DNA of 64,000 bases from the human T2T-CHM13v2.0 reference genome, Homo sapiens (GCF_009914755.1 NC_060931.1); one strand, 5' to 3'. Shown: positions 28,318 to 41,385, counted from the stretch's first letter. Notes: generated from the letters alone by a model not told the origin. Numbers and translations are program-made.

Positions 28318-30384
28318 AGAAGGAGGAGCAGAAGATGAAAAGGAAAATTCTAGTTGTGTGGTAAACAGTTCAAGGCAGGGCAAAGGAAAATATATGCAAG
28401 AAGTGATTTCTGCATACCCTTGTTAAAACTTTCTTTACGAGGAAAATTATTCAGAGAAGTGGCGCATTAAGAGACTGTCATATGGCAAATTTACTGTGGA
28501 TATAAGTAATTGCCTGTCCAACCATGTGAGATGGGCACCCAAGGATTATGTTGGGATACAGGCAGATTAATGAGCAGCTGGGATGTCCCTCACTGAAGAC
28601 CCAGTAAGAACTGTGTCTGTCTTGCAGAGCCATGGTGTGACTTTAGATTACACCTTAACCTGGGGCTCAGAGCATTAGCCACGTCTAGGGAGCTGGCAAA
28701 ATGGGCTAAAAATAAGCAATTCTGTATTGGATAAATGTGAATTTAAGGATAAATGCCAAGGATTGCTCATTGAACAGGTTCTTTCTTATCTTTGGTGCTC
28801 TGTAACTGACTCCCCTTCAAAAGTCATTACCTTGTAGTGATCACCTGTAGCTGTTAGAAAAAAATGCAAATACCTTAGCAAGGCATTCAACACTCATCTA
28901 AACTTGAGCCCACTCCACTACTTCTTGCTTTTCTCTGTGAATGCACCCTAAATTCAACCATAATTTATACCTCTGTGTCAAACAAACCACCCCTGATTGC
29001 ATTTCCACATGCTTAGCTCTTGGTTTTCCCTCTACTTGGACCCCACTGAGTCAACCTCCAAAGCCCAGACCTCTGCTAATGGCACTTCACTTCTAAAGCT
29101 CTGTCCCACTTCTTTATGCTTCCATAGGTCTTTCATTTCCTCCTTCTATTTGGATTCCCACGCCTGATTAGAAACCTAGGGAAAGTGGAGAGGCTGGCTT
29201 TGTCATGTCTGCATCCTTCACGGCTCTCACATGGCCAGCCTTCCAGAAACACATGACTGCACTCCCTTCCTTGGTTTCCTGCCTCCTCATGCCTCCAGCT
29301 ACATGCTTTTCTTCTATGTGGCTTTCATTATGTTCCACTTCAGGCACAGATCGTGGAGTATCCCTGAACATACACCACAGTCCTCCTGCAGCTGGGCCAG
29401 CACAGACACACAGCACTCTGGAAGGCTCCCCACAAGCTTCACCCACTGCCTTAAAATAGTTCATCCTTCAAAATGACCCATTCTTCCTCCCTCTCTCCCC
29501 CAACTTTCTGAAACTGAGTGTAGGTGTTCTCTTAAAAGAGAACAATGAATAACATCACAAAGAAGCAAATTCATTGCACAAATTCAACAGAAAACAAAAG
29601 CAAATCTGATTACGTTTTTAAAATACAGAGACATAGCCCTCCTCTGTACAACTGCCAACACCTAGTCCCCAGCAAGGGGATTCCCTTTACCATGCACCAC
29701 CTGCCCCATTTACAGGAACCTACTTTGAGCAGGGGTACTGGGCTTAGTGCTCATCTCAGCCTCTGTCATGATAAACATATCACCTCAAGGACTGCATAAC
29801 ATTGTCAACTATGTGTTAATCCTGGACAAAGGCATTTAAGGGAGACGCAGGGGATATTAAGGGAATGATCCATTGATAGTCATGCTTTTGCTAATGTGAG
29901 ATTCGAAAGGATAGAGATGTATACTAGTAAACAAAAATAGAGTTAAATATTTTAATATTTTTGCCTATTTACTGTTTGGTTCAGTCCCTTAAACAAGTGA
30001 GGGTGGCAAGGACCATAGCTCTTTGCTACCCAAGCTCGTGTGGGAAAGGTTGTGAGTGGAACACAGAGAGGCGCTCTTAGCACATGAACACAACCCCAGA
30101 CCCCAAGAAGCATATCCTCCAGCACTGTGATAACAATTTAGGAAAAGGTCAAGCTCCACACAGGCACTTAACTGAGATTTACCAAAAAAAAAAAGGAATG
30201 CTAAAGGATAAGGCATTAAATATCAAACCAGTAACAGCTGGCTGGAAAACTTGAAAAGGACATAATCTGAGTAACATGACACTTGGGGGAATCTGCTTCA
30301 GCAAATTAAGAGAGCAGCCTAGAAAGGTGAGTTGTTTATCTTAGAATATTGCAATGACCATACTACGAGAACTGTCTTTTTTTT

Positions 30385-30545
30385 TTTTAACAAGTATTTT
30401 CTCATTTAATCTTCATAACAGTTCCACAAAGTTAGTGCAGCTATTATCATCCCCATTGTACAGATGAGAAAACAGAGGCACAGAGGAGTAAAGGATCTTG
30501 CCCAGACTCACAGAACTAACAAGAGGGAGAGCCAGGGTTTAACAC
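30385..30545 (-). mobile_element. MIR
   Basis: ctcatttaatcttcataaca...ctattatcatccccattgtacagatgagaaaacagaggcacagagg core. Confidence 0.8.
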
Positions 30546-30934
30546 CAGTTTGGGTACAGAATTCCCGGTATTTTGCTGCTCACTGGAGAAGTATTTCCTT
30601 TCATGGACAATTTTTAAGGCAGAAAGTTAATACTTTCTAGAAAGCTTATTTGCCGTGATTTTTAAAAACAGTTGATTCCACTTCTTTTTTCCTCCGACCT
30701 ACCATTTTTATGGAGACTTGATCTTGCCAACTATCATAATTTTTTGGACATGCAATCCTTACAGTTGATAAAACAGCACAGAATTTTCCAATTTATCCAT
30801 GGCAGACATGTATTCCCATAGAAATTTTATTGTTTTAATATTACTGGGGAGAAAAGTAGACAATTCACAGACTTTTCATTTCAAGGACTACTTATTTGTT
30901 TATTGGTTTTATAAATCCTGCTCTTTAAAAAAAA

Positions 30935-31136
30935 ATTATTTGAGAGAAAGTCTTATGGTCTTGCTAGGATGGACAGCAGTGGCATGATCACAGCTCACTG
31001 CATCCTTTAACTCCTGGGCTCAAGCGACCGTCCCGCCTCAGCCTCCCAAGTACCTAGGACTATAAGCATGTGCCACTACACCTAGCCGATTCTTTATTTT
31101 TTGTACAGAAAAGGTCTTGCTGTGTTGCCCAGGCTG
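30935..31136 (-). mobile_element. 5'-truncated AluJ
   Basis: gatcacagctcactgcatcctttaactcctgggctcaagcga... and ggtcttgctgtgttgcccaggctg are J-type positions. Confidence 0.8.
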
Positions 31137-31234
31137 TACATTCTGATTTTAGTAAACAAGACACCAAATCCATTTCCTTTAATAAAAGGCTAATATCCTG
31201 AAAGATTAAGAAAATCAAGCTAATCAGACCAATT

Positions 31235-31445
31235 TATTTCTTGCCATGCATTTATATAGTGCTTAATATATAACAGCCACTGTTCTCAGTGTTTTACAAT
31301 TATCAAATTATGTAGTTCTCCTATGAACTCCCCATAAGACAGGTTTGGGTCTTATTTCCATTTCATAGGTGAGAAAAATGAGTCACAGAGAGGCTAAGTG
31401 ACTTGCCCGAGTCACACAGCCAGAGAGAGGCAGAGCCAGACGTAC
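31235..31445 (-). mobile_element. MIR
   Basis: catttcataggtgagaaaaatgagtcacagagaggctaagtgacttgcccgagtcacacagc. Confidence 0.75.
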
Positions 31446-33079
31446 GTGCAGGAGGCAAGCAGCTTTCAGAGGTTGTGATCTTAACCAGATCTGTGCACAA
31501 CCAGTGTACTCAGAGGTCTCCTTGGCCCAGAAGCTAAATAAATACATAATTGCTGCCATTATGCAGTAGGAGATGTGAATTTGCCCACAGTTCACATAAA
31601 AAGACCACAGGCCTCTTTGATCCTGACTGATCACATACATATCAAAGATTACCCCAGGTGTCTCAGGTTTTAGAATCTCTCATCAGTAAGTAGCCAAATT
31701 ATATCAGTTTGAATCATTACAAACAATTCCATGCACACTGATTTCTTTAAAAAAAAAAAATCACGGCGATTATGAAGATTATGTAAGTACTGGATTTCTT
31801 TATTTCACAGAAAGAGCCTCAAAACCAAACCAAAACAACCAAACACAACAGATGTTAGTGTTTTGGTGGTATTTTGGGAAATAAATTTGAGTATAACACA
31901 GCATACTCACTAGGGTGTGCTCTCAGAATGTATTGAACATACAGACATCCTGGAAGGGAATCTGGTTTTGCAGTTAATAAAAATTATTTGCACCATAAAA
32001 ATGCCCTAATAAAATTAGGCTTAAACTCTTGTTATTGGTATAAGGAGTCTACTTTTTCATTCTCCACAGCATCGTAAGCTAATTGGTATTCCTACGAATA
32101 AAACATTCTTTTTTTATTCCTGGGCCACTGGGATGGAGGCATGTATAGATTCTGCCTTAGAAATGTATGTTTGTGAAGAATTAGAGTCTTAAATTAATGG
32201 GTGAAGATCTTTTTTAAAACCTTAGTTTCCTCCTAAGTTATTCGTAATACTCGATGTCTGCTACTTTTTTTCTTCAGTCTTACTGACTTATAATGATAAT
32301 CAACCCCCGAAGGTTCTATAAGATCCCTGCAAGTCTTTTCAGGTGGCTATAATCCAATCACAGACATTGCCTCCAGGAGAATTTGCCCTAAACCAAATTC
32401 AGTGAGGGCTACTTTCCTCTCCAGCTTCTTGGCGGCCATCTTTCTCTCTCTCTCTTTTTAAAAATCTTCACTAAGGAGAGACCATTTTAGATAAGAAAAC
32501 AACTTAATGAAAACCTAAGGATGAGACTAAACATAAGATGCTTTTAAAGGAAGAAAAATACTGATGAAATTGTTCAGAACTTCCTCCTATGTGAAATGCA
32601 AGTTGATACTCTCAGGCATTTTTGTTCCTATTCCTCACAGATATTTTATTTCATTTCTTAGTCATTCAATTTTGTTACTAATACTTGAAACTGTTTTTTT
32701 TTCCTCTCCCCTGACAAATGCATTCTGAAACTTTCATTTTATAAACACTTGCCAATTCTCTAAAACAAGAGAGCATTTTTACTATTCTACAACACATAGC
32801 AGTGACCCAGGATATCTTATATGGTTAATATAACGTACAATAAGATACCCAATATGACAACATGGTTCTTAGTAAGAAAGACATTCTATCGAGTGTGTAT
32901 ATACTCTTGTGGATTCCTTATGAATGGCTTCAAAATTATTTGATAGTCATTACTACCTCACAGGGGAAAAAAGCATCAGCTCACTAATACTGGAGAAGAG
33001 ATACCTGGATAATTGTTCTTCTTCCCAATCTCCTTGCTCTTTCTCGTCTCCTTCATAGATTTGTTTTTTGTTTTTGTTC

Positions 33080-34090
33080 GTTTTCCTTCTGCCCAAAGTT
33101 CTTTTCTCACCATTCTTTTCTTCTCACTCTTCACTCCTGCACTAGGAGGACTAATCTGGTCCTGTAGCTTCTACATTCATAGATGCCAAATCTCTATTTT
33201 GAACCAAGATAGTTTCCTGAGCTCCAGACAACTCCTTATTGGACACGCCCATCTTAGCCACATCTCTTAGCCACCTCAAAGTCAAAATTGACAAAACATA
33301 ACTCCTATTCTTTATGGCTTATCCAAACTTACTAGGTTCTCCATCTCAGCTATTTTTGCTCAGTTGACTCTTCTCTCAATCACCATCTCACAAATATATT
33401 ATATTTACTCCTTTCCTTTCCCACTGCCACTGACCTTGGTTCAGGTGCTCATCACTGCTCTTCCGGATTAAGACAAAAGGCTACAATGGTCTCCCAGTCT
33501 CGGGACAGATCCATTTCCCTCACTGTCTTCCATGAGGAGCTCATCAAAACCTAACTATAGCCACATGTATAGCCTCTGCTTAAAATCCTTCAGATAAAGT
33601 AACGCCTCTTCACAACACGGACCCTGACTCGCCCTGAATGAGATGGTTTCTGGGTCAGCTTGAAAAAATGTTTCCAGAATGCATTTGCCAAGGGAAAAGA
33701 AGAAAATTTTGCATTTGCAAAATTTTGAGAAAATAAGACAATAATGAAAAACATAAACTGTTTGGAAGACTTTTAGACTTAATACATGCTTTTCCCTCTG
33801 CCTTAATCACCCTTCCTCATCTCAATTCGCTCCTCAGTGGTAACTCCTGCAGGTCTTTCAGAATCCAGAGCAGTTGTTCCCACTTCCAGGGGATTCTTTT
33901 ACGCCCATTCTCTATAGGCTGAGCCTTCTAAGTGTCTCCATCTGACCCTCTGCCACTTTTCCAATGCTCTGTTTGCTTTTTTGTCTCCTTGTGGAAATTC
34001 TAATACCCTTGAGGCTTAGGACTACGCCTTCTCTGTCTTTATATATTCAGTACTTAGGGCCTCAAAAAATGTTTGTGGAATGCATGTTTA
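33080..34090 (+). mobile_element. Degraded L2 fragments
   Basis: gatgccaaatctctatt...cctgagctccagac...ccactgccactgaccttggttcagg...cctctgcttaaaatccttca...aaatgtttgtggaatg. Confidence 0.55.
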
Positions 34091-34339
34091 CACGTGAAGC
34101 AGGCCTTACCCAATGGAGCCGAGTTCTTGAAGTCACCACATTCAAAAATTATTCTTCTCCTCACATTGAAATATTGCACTGAAATATTATATTCTTGATA
34201 GTGACAGTTAATCATTAAACATCCTTCCCCACTGGCAAAACAAAACATGACCACAGGAGAAGGCTCCGTGGAGACCATGCCCACACATTTCAGTGCCTGG
34301 GCTAAAATAAGCATGTAAGTGTGTAGGACTGATCATCAT

Positions 34340-34520
34340 ATTGCACCAGGAAGCGCGCCCTTCCAGATTTAAAAATATACTTGTTTGGCTTGATTCAGGC
34401 TGCTCCTCATTCCAGGCCTGCGTGAGTCATTGGAGAAACATCCTATTAGAGTGCACCCCTACTGATTGGCTTCCTTTGTATGTTCACGGTGACTCAGAAG
34501 AGATGACTCACAGTTCACGC
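34340..34520. promoter_or_regulatory. Candidate intronic enhancer (AP-1 x3, NF-Y, ETS motifs)
   Basis: TGAGTCA 34423-29, TGACTCA 34490-96 and 34504-10, CTGATTGGC 34462-70, CAGGAAG 34347-53, in apparently non-repeat DNA. Confidence 0.55.
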
Positions 34521-35333
34521 TTATGACAAAAAGAACTTGCTCTCCCTTCCTTTTCATTACCCATGTTTTGCAGGCTTTATTGGCACCTTTGAAAAACATC
34601 TAAGGGAGCAAGGGAAAGGAAAACACAGGGGGCAGCCTGAGAATTGGCACTACTTATTTTTAACAAGCAACCCTACTTAAAGCACCTTTCATCAGAGCAG
34701 CACAGATATACTTTGGAGGCCTAATACATCCAATGCTCACATTATTCCTGGAAGGTCAGTAACTGGATGCTATTGCTCCACCCTGCCAGTTGATGGAAAG
34801 GAGGGATGCTCGAAGGACATAAAGATACTTCGCAATGTCCCTCTGCAGGGCTGGCACCCAACGCTGGGCTCTCAGAGCCGCTGTTGATAAAATGGCTGGT
34901 TAGATCATCCTCTCTTGGTTATAATACCCAAAGCCTTGGCCAAGGAGAGAGACATTCTCCAAAATAATCAGTGGTCAAGCAGTGAGCATGAAGCAAAGTG
35001 AGAGGACAATCCAACCACGACAATCTTCTGGATGCCTCAAGATGCTCATGACCTGTCACTGGCAGAAACTGTTGGGTTCTGTGCCAGTTACAAACAACAG
35101 AGGTTAGTTCCTTTCATTCCACTTCAGAAAACATTTCTGAGTACTTATCCACAGAGATGGATCAGGCATAGACTCTGACCAGGAGAGCAACAAGATAAAG
35201 TGCAGTGAGTTATACACCACAAAGTAAGGACAGGTCAAGTGTCTGGAGAGTCCAGGGGAAGAGTTGGCTTTATTTTTTAGAGAAACTGGCATTTGAATTG
35301 CACCTAAGGATGGGTGGAATCTAAATCATACTT

Positions 35334-35369
35334 CTACACTTCATCTTAGCCAAAACGCCGAGAAGCGAT
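35334..35369 (-). pseudogene. 3'-truncated U2 snRNA retropseudogene (first 36 nt)
   Basis: Minus strand reads ATCGCTTCTCGGCGTTTTGGCTAAGATGAAGTGTAG versus U2 5' end ATCGCTTCTCGGCCTTTTGGCTAAGATCAAGTGTAG (34/36). Flanked by direct repeats aaatcatacttct (35323-35335) and aaatcatatttct (35371-35383). Confidence 0.92.
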
Positions 35370-36429
35370 AAAATCATATTTCTGAATGTGTTTTTCCTTC
35401 AGAATAATTTACTAGTCAGGCTCATCTCAAATTCCATTTACATTCAGACTCCACATTCCATAATCGCTGTCTCCTGGAAGCCATTGAAATGCATGCATAT
35501 ACGTCTGCCTGCAAAGGAGACACTTCTGTGTGCAGTTCTGGGTGGGTTTATGGTACCCAAATAAACGGAGCAGGAGGAGCGCAGACGGGCTAAGTCCAAA
35601 TTGTTCCCCCTTCCAGGGGATCCTTGTGCAGTGAGCTCTGCCTATGCTTTAATAAAAGGGGATAAAAATACTTGCCACCTACTTACCTCCGAGACACACT
35701 GCAAGGCTGGATCGTGTTCACGGCAGTGTGAATTTTTCAGGAGATAAGTGATCTATGAAAACAAAGCTTTATTATCATAAATGTTGAGCGAAAATGAAGC
35801 AAAACCAATGTCTAGGCCATGTGTTTAGTGTTAAAAAAAAAAAAAATACACCAAACAGACACTGGATTATAACTTTCCAGCAAGCCAGCATTCCAATGTC
35901 AAGGCCTGAATGTCCCTTCCCAGGGAGTAGGGCTACAAGGGTCCCGGTACACTGAATATCTGATGAAATGAGGCAAATGCAGTGTTTTGATGACAGATGT
36001 TTCTGATAAGAATACAGAATTTGGAAAAGAAATTGCAAGGCAAATCTGTCCCATGATGTGAGATCAGGGACATGAATACTGGAGACTAAGATCATCAGAA
36101 TTGATCCCTAAAGAACTGCGAAGAGATGTGGAGGAAACTAAGAGAAAGACTATTCATTGCCCGAGGCAGAAGGGAGTGGGTGGTTCAGAATCTTCAGGGG
36201 TGCGGAATAAAGACAACAGAAGATAAAGGGAGGAAGCGAACAGTTAGCTAGTAACTCTCTCAATTAGGTTTAAGATAAGAGAGACAGTGCTGTGCCAAAA
36301 AAAAATTAGAGCATTAGTGGACTTACTTACATTGTATTCCCATGTACAAATCAGATATACGTTTAGGAGATGAATTACTTCTAATTCCTCACAACTTCAC
36401 ACAGTTGAGAGATCAGAGGGAAAAAAATG

Positions 36430-36782
36430 TGTAATAACATGAGTTAAATTGTGACCTTCCACCCTCAAATTCCTATGTTGAAGTCCTAACCCCAGTACCT
36501 CAGAATGTGACTGTGTCTGGAGAAATGGTCTCTAAAGAGTGAAGTTAAAATGACAACAGGGTGGGCTCTAATCCAATAGGACTGGTGCCCTTATAAGAAG
36601 AGGATATTACAATACAGACATGAACAGAGGGAGGCCCATTTGAAGACACACGAGAATATGGTCATCTACAAGCCAAGGAGACAGGCCCCAGGAACAAACC
36701 AATGCCTTGATCTCAGACTCTGGCCTCTGTAATCATGATTTTTTTAAAAAATTATGTTGTTTAAACCACTCAGTCTGTGGTA
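36430..36782 (+). mobile_element. MLT1 (ERVL-MaLR) solo LTR, 5' part, interrupted by Tigger2
   Basis: gaagtcctaaccccagtacctcagaatgtgactgtg...ggtgggctctaatccaataggactggtgcccttataagaagagg is typical of MLT1A/B. Confidence 0.8.
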
Positions 36783-38617
36783 CAGTTGACCTATGAACAA
36801 CATGGAAGTTAGGGGAACCAACCCTTTGCACAGTCAAAAATCTATGTGTAACTTTTGACTCCCCCAAAACTTTACTAATATCCTACTGTTGGCTAGATGC
36901 CTATCAGATAGCAAAAACAGTTGATTAATACATATTTTGCATGTTATATGTATTATATATTGTATTATTACAATAAAGTAAACCAGATAAAAGCCTTACT
37001 GGTCCTTATGACTCCCTGATCTAGAAGCTGAATTAGGGATGTTGTTTGGGGGCAAGTAGACTGTTTCAGTTTCTTTGATTTTGAACTTATGGGGTTCTGG
37101 GTGGCAGGGGCATTGTCCAATATGGAAAGAACTTTAAAAGGCAGTCCCTTACTGGCAAGGTACTTCCTGACTTCAGGGACAAATATCCATGGGACCAATC
37201 CAGAAAAAGTGTTCTTTTTGTCCAGAGCTCCTTCTTGTACAACCAGAAGACTGGAAGCTGGTGTTTATCTCCTTCCTTCAGGGGTTGGAAGTGAGCAGCT
37301 TTATAGATAAAGGCAGCCCTGATCATAAACCCAAATGCATTTGCCCAGAACCAGTAGAGTTAACCTAGTCCTTCCAGCCTTAAATCCTGGTGCTTGCTTC
37401 TCTTCCTTTCCAATAGATTCCTTGGTGGCATTTTCCATTCCCCCATGATAGGGCACTTTTGTCTTCATTAAAAACCTGTTCAGGCAGATATCCTTTCCCA
37501 TTAATGATTTTCTTAATGGCGGTTTGGAACTCATCTGCTTCCTCTTGTTGGCAGAAGCTATTTCTCCTATTAGCTAGACAATTTTAAAGATAAATCTCTT
37601 TCTAAAATTATCCAACCATCCTTTGCTGGCATTAAATTCTCCAGATTTTGATCTTTCACCTTCCTTTTGCTTTAAGTTGTCACAGAATGACTTCTTTTTT
37701 GGTTGGATCATATTCAAGTCTATAGCTATGCTTTTCTAATAGCAATTCTGCACCCACACAAAAGCTGCATTTTCAGTATGAGATTAAAACGTATTTCATA
37801 AAAAGTGAAAGATTTTTGTACCTGCTGCATAACTGCAGAAACAGCTTCCTGAATTTCCTTTTCTTTTTTACAATGGTCCTTATGCTGGATTAATCTAGCT
37901 TGAAATGTCAGGCAACTGCAGCTGCAGACCTCAATATTTGGTACATATCAAGCAATTCAACTTTTTCTTATAATATCATGACTTTGCTTCTTGGAAGCAC
38001 TTCCAGCATGATTAGTGGTACTTCCTATGGGTCCATGATGTTATTCAAGGCTTAAAGGATTACACTAAACTTGATGAGAAATAAAAGAGAACTATGAGAG
38101 ATCATTTTTCACTGTAATACACAATTTACCAGAGAGAAAACTTTATCTGGAGATGATTACCATCACATGGTGTGTTAAGCAGATACTTGCAACATTTGAG
38201 CTCACTGCAACACCAAAAGGAGATGGCTATGAAACCGTTAGTCATACAGTATGTACTACAGTTAATTTTATGCAGTTATGATTTAACACTGCACCTTTGC
38301 ATTTGTTGACATTTCTCTTGACTGTGAATGATGCCATGTATGGTCTGTAAATGTTTAAGTTTTGATACATTTAAACTTTCTGTAATGGATTTGTGTATAT
38401 TTTATGGTAGTGAATGATAAAATAGAGTAGTATCTACATATGTTTCATGCATCATGGCATACCTAATTTTTTGGATATTTCTAGGCTACACAGTTTGTTG
38501 GAGTATTTTCAAATTGTCGCAAATCTCTAAAAAATTTTCCAACCTATTTATTGAAAAAAAAAACCATGCATAAGTGGACCCATGCAATTCAAACCCATGT
38601 TGCTCAAGGGTCAACTG
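36783..38617 (-). mobile_element. Tigger2 (TcMar-Tigger/pogo) DNA transposon, internally deleted, with degraded transposase
   Basis: Terminal inverted repeats cagttgacctatgaacaacatgg ... cccatgttgctcaagggtcaactg, TA on both sides. Frameshifted ORFs 36968-37534 give pogo DDE-like motifs (GFKAGRTRLTLL, LPVFWLYKK, KVLSILDNAP, SLIQLLDQGVIR). Confidence 0.9.
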
Positions 38618-38655
38618 TACTTTGTCATGGCAGCCCTAGCAAACTCATGTGTATA
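38618..38655 (+). mobile_element. MLT1 LTR 3' end, resumed after Tigger2
   Basis: cagtctgtgg|ta|ctttgtcatggcagccctagcaaact rejoins into the MLT1 3' terminus. Confidence 0.75.
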
Positions 38656-38708
38656 CAAAGTACCTTTGAAGATGCTTAATATCATACAAATGTCAGGATT
38701 GTTACTAA

Positions 38709-39018
38709 TTTATTTATTTATTTGTTTTAAGACAGGGTCTTACTCTGTCACCCAGGTTGGAGTGCAATAGTGCAATCTTGGCTTACTGCAGCCTTGAACT
38801 CCTGGCTCAAGCAATCCTCCCACCTCTGGCTACTGAGTAGTTGGGATTGCAGGTAAGTGCCACCACATCATCTAGTCAATTTTTAAAATTTTTTATTTTG
38901 TAGAGGTGGGGTCTTACTATGTTGCCCAAGGTGGTCTCAAACTCCTAACCTCAAGTAATCCTCCCAACTCAGATTCCCAAAGTGCTGGGATTACAGGCAT
39001 GAGCCACCATGCCCGGCC
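38709..39018 (-). mobile_element. Full-length AluJ
   Basis: gacagggtcttactctgtcacccagg...gcagccttgaactcctggctcaagcaatcctcc; TSD aggattgtta on both sides. Confidence 0.92.
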
Positions 39019-41003
39019 TAGGATTGTTATAGGAGGTTACTTCCAGGAAATGATGGGAAATCAGGAGGAAGTCCACCAATGGGGGCCACACATGTAGGTG
39101 CCGGAATTTCATCTTCTTTTTAAAATGGATGCAAGATATTGGAGTTGGAGGAAAGCTATGTTAAGGATCCAATGACCCAAAAGTGATAGCACCAGGATTT
39201 GGCTCCCAAGGCAAGAAAATATTCAAAAGAACTTCTCAGCAAATTTTATGTGGAAGAGAAGATAAAAGAAACAAAGGTCACTCTGAAGCTTGAGTTCATA
39301 GAAATCACAGGAGAATGAAGTGGCCAGTGTAAATGAGGAGCCAGGCACAGGAAAGAAGTGGAGAAATAATGAGAAGGAAAGAGAAATACCATGGGGTTAC
39401 TACAGAATAAAAGATATTCTTCTAATGAAATAATAAATGAGGAGTTGAAAGTTAATTTGTGGAATTTTCCAGATCCACTAGTTAAACTCACAGCCAATCA
39501 AATGGTGACTTTCCTATATAAAAGACTAGAATATGCCCTTTAATGTTTTAATGAAAGAAAATCTGAGATGAAGAAGTTCCTCAAGTGAGTATGTTCAATG
39601 CCAACAGTTCCTGTGCATTATGTGGAAGAGCCACACGTTGTTCTGTTATTTTCAATAACCTTTCATTTATTACAGGCTGACACTGATGCTTGCATTTCCC
39701 TCCCCAGGTCAAGCCAAAAAGTGATCGGCCATTCTTTTACTGGGTTCCAGCCAACTCTGTCCGCTAACCCCTATGACAGAGGAGATGGGAAAATAATTGA
39801 GCTGCTACCTAGGAAGGCACAAACATTTCCTGTGGTGAGGACTTAGGAAGCAGTGCCAGGAATCGGGCCATCGGAAGGCCTGAGCACACTGGGCACAGGT
39901 TTTCTGCCCCTAGCAAGGGACTGACAATAAAGTCAAGTGAAGCAAACTCTGTTCTAAATAAAATTCAGACAGAGTAGAAGAGAGGAAGGGGCTAGTATCA
40001 AGTGAGCTGGGGTCAACAGAAGTTTTGTATCAGAACTCACAGAATTGCTCACTAGTCCGACTCCCTCACCAACCCAAAACATAAGCTTTGTGTTTTGTTT
40101 CATGACATCACTTCATTTTGTCTGAATGAATGATACTGAGATGCACACACAGACACGTGAATGTATATGGCTTCAAGATATTGTTAATCTGGGCAGCTGA
40201 CACCCTTAAAATTTTAGTACTAAATAAAAGAACTATGGAAGTTATGGAAAAGGTAGCACATTGGAAAGACAGCCTGAAGACTGCAATCAAGAGTGAAACA
40301 AATGTTTTCAGGGATCACGGTGCCAACTTAACACAGATACCATGTTTGAGTGGATGCACCTGCCTTGCCCATCATCCCCTATATCTTAAAAAGATATATT
40401 CCTTAGCTGTCTCTGTGGCTCTGTGCTTTTCAATCAGGAAACCATGTACAGATCCTGTCACTGAAAGCTAAACAAAACAAGCATTGGTCCCGATCCCCTT
40501 GACAACAACTTCCCAGAGCCTCCAGCTCCACCTTCATCCTCACCCTCCCCATCCCATTGGTTCCCATGTCTCCCTTGCTCAAGGTGTTCCTGACTTTTCT
40601 CCTGCCCACTTGGCTCCCACCTAAGGGGGAACAACCTGAACTCAGCCCCACCTTCATCCTGTCCCTGGATGCTTTAGGTTGCTGGCCTGCCTGTGCAAGC
40701 TCATGACCCCTGGAGCTTCACCCAGGGGGCACCCTAGTTTCCCAGAACTGTTTCTCTTATTTTAATAGAAGCCTTGTGGAGGCAAGAAATTAACTCCACA
40801 CCAGTGACCCAAAGGATGCTCAAGGTATTTTGGGACAGATTTTTTGATCTTCCTTCTTACCATAAAAGTCATTGCTTTTTTTGAATTTTCTAATCATCAC
40901 CTACATCTTGGATTCTCAGTAGCAGAGCCTGGAAATGAAAAGGTATGACAAGCTTCCTTCTTGCTTAGAGATTTTTCTTCCAATATTACTCTTCCAAACT
41001 TAG

Positions 41004-41385
41004 TGTATTAGTTTGTTCAGGCTTCAATAAAACAATACCATAGACTAAGTGACTTAAAAAACAGGAATTTCTTTGTTTTTACAGTTCTGGAGGCTGAAAG
41101 TTCTTGATCAGGGTGCAAGCATGGTTGGGTTCTGGTGAGGGCCTTCTTCCTGGCTTGCAGATGGAAGCCTTCTTGCTGTTTCCTCACATGGTAGAAAGAG
41201 AGAGATGGCAAGCTCCCTGGTGTCTCTTCTGATAAGGGCACTAATCCCATTATGAGGGCCCCACCCTTGTGAACTCATCTAAACCTAATTACCTCCTAAT
41301 GGCCCAATCTCCAAATACCTTCACATTGCCAGTTAGAACTTCAAAATATACATTTGGAGGGAGGACACACTTAAGTTAGTAGCAC
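41004..41385 (-). mobile_element. MLT1A/MST-type MaLR solo LTR
   Basis: tgtattagtttg...acagttctggaggctg...ttctggtgagggcc...aagggcactaatcccattatgagggccccacc. Confidence 0.85.

Noticed and set aside
33703-33726. aaaattttgca-tt-tgcaaaatttt palindrome
   Set aside because: Low-complexity A/T arms; plausible by chance
36968-37534. Active or domesticated transposase gene
   Set aside because: Split across frames by frameshifts and stops, with the C-terminal region deleted
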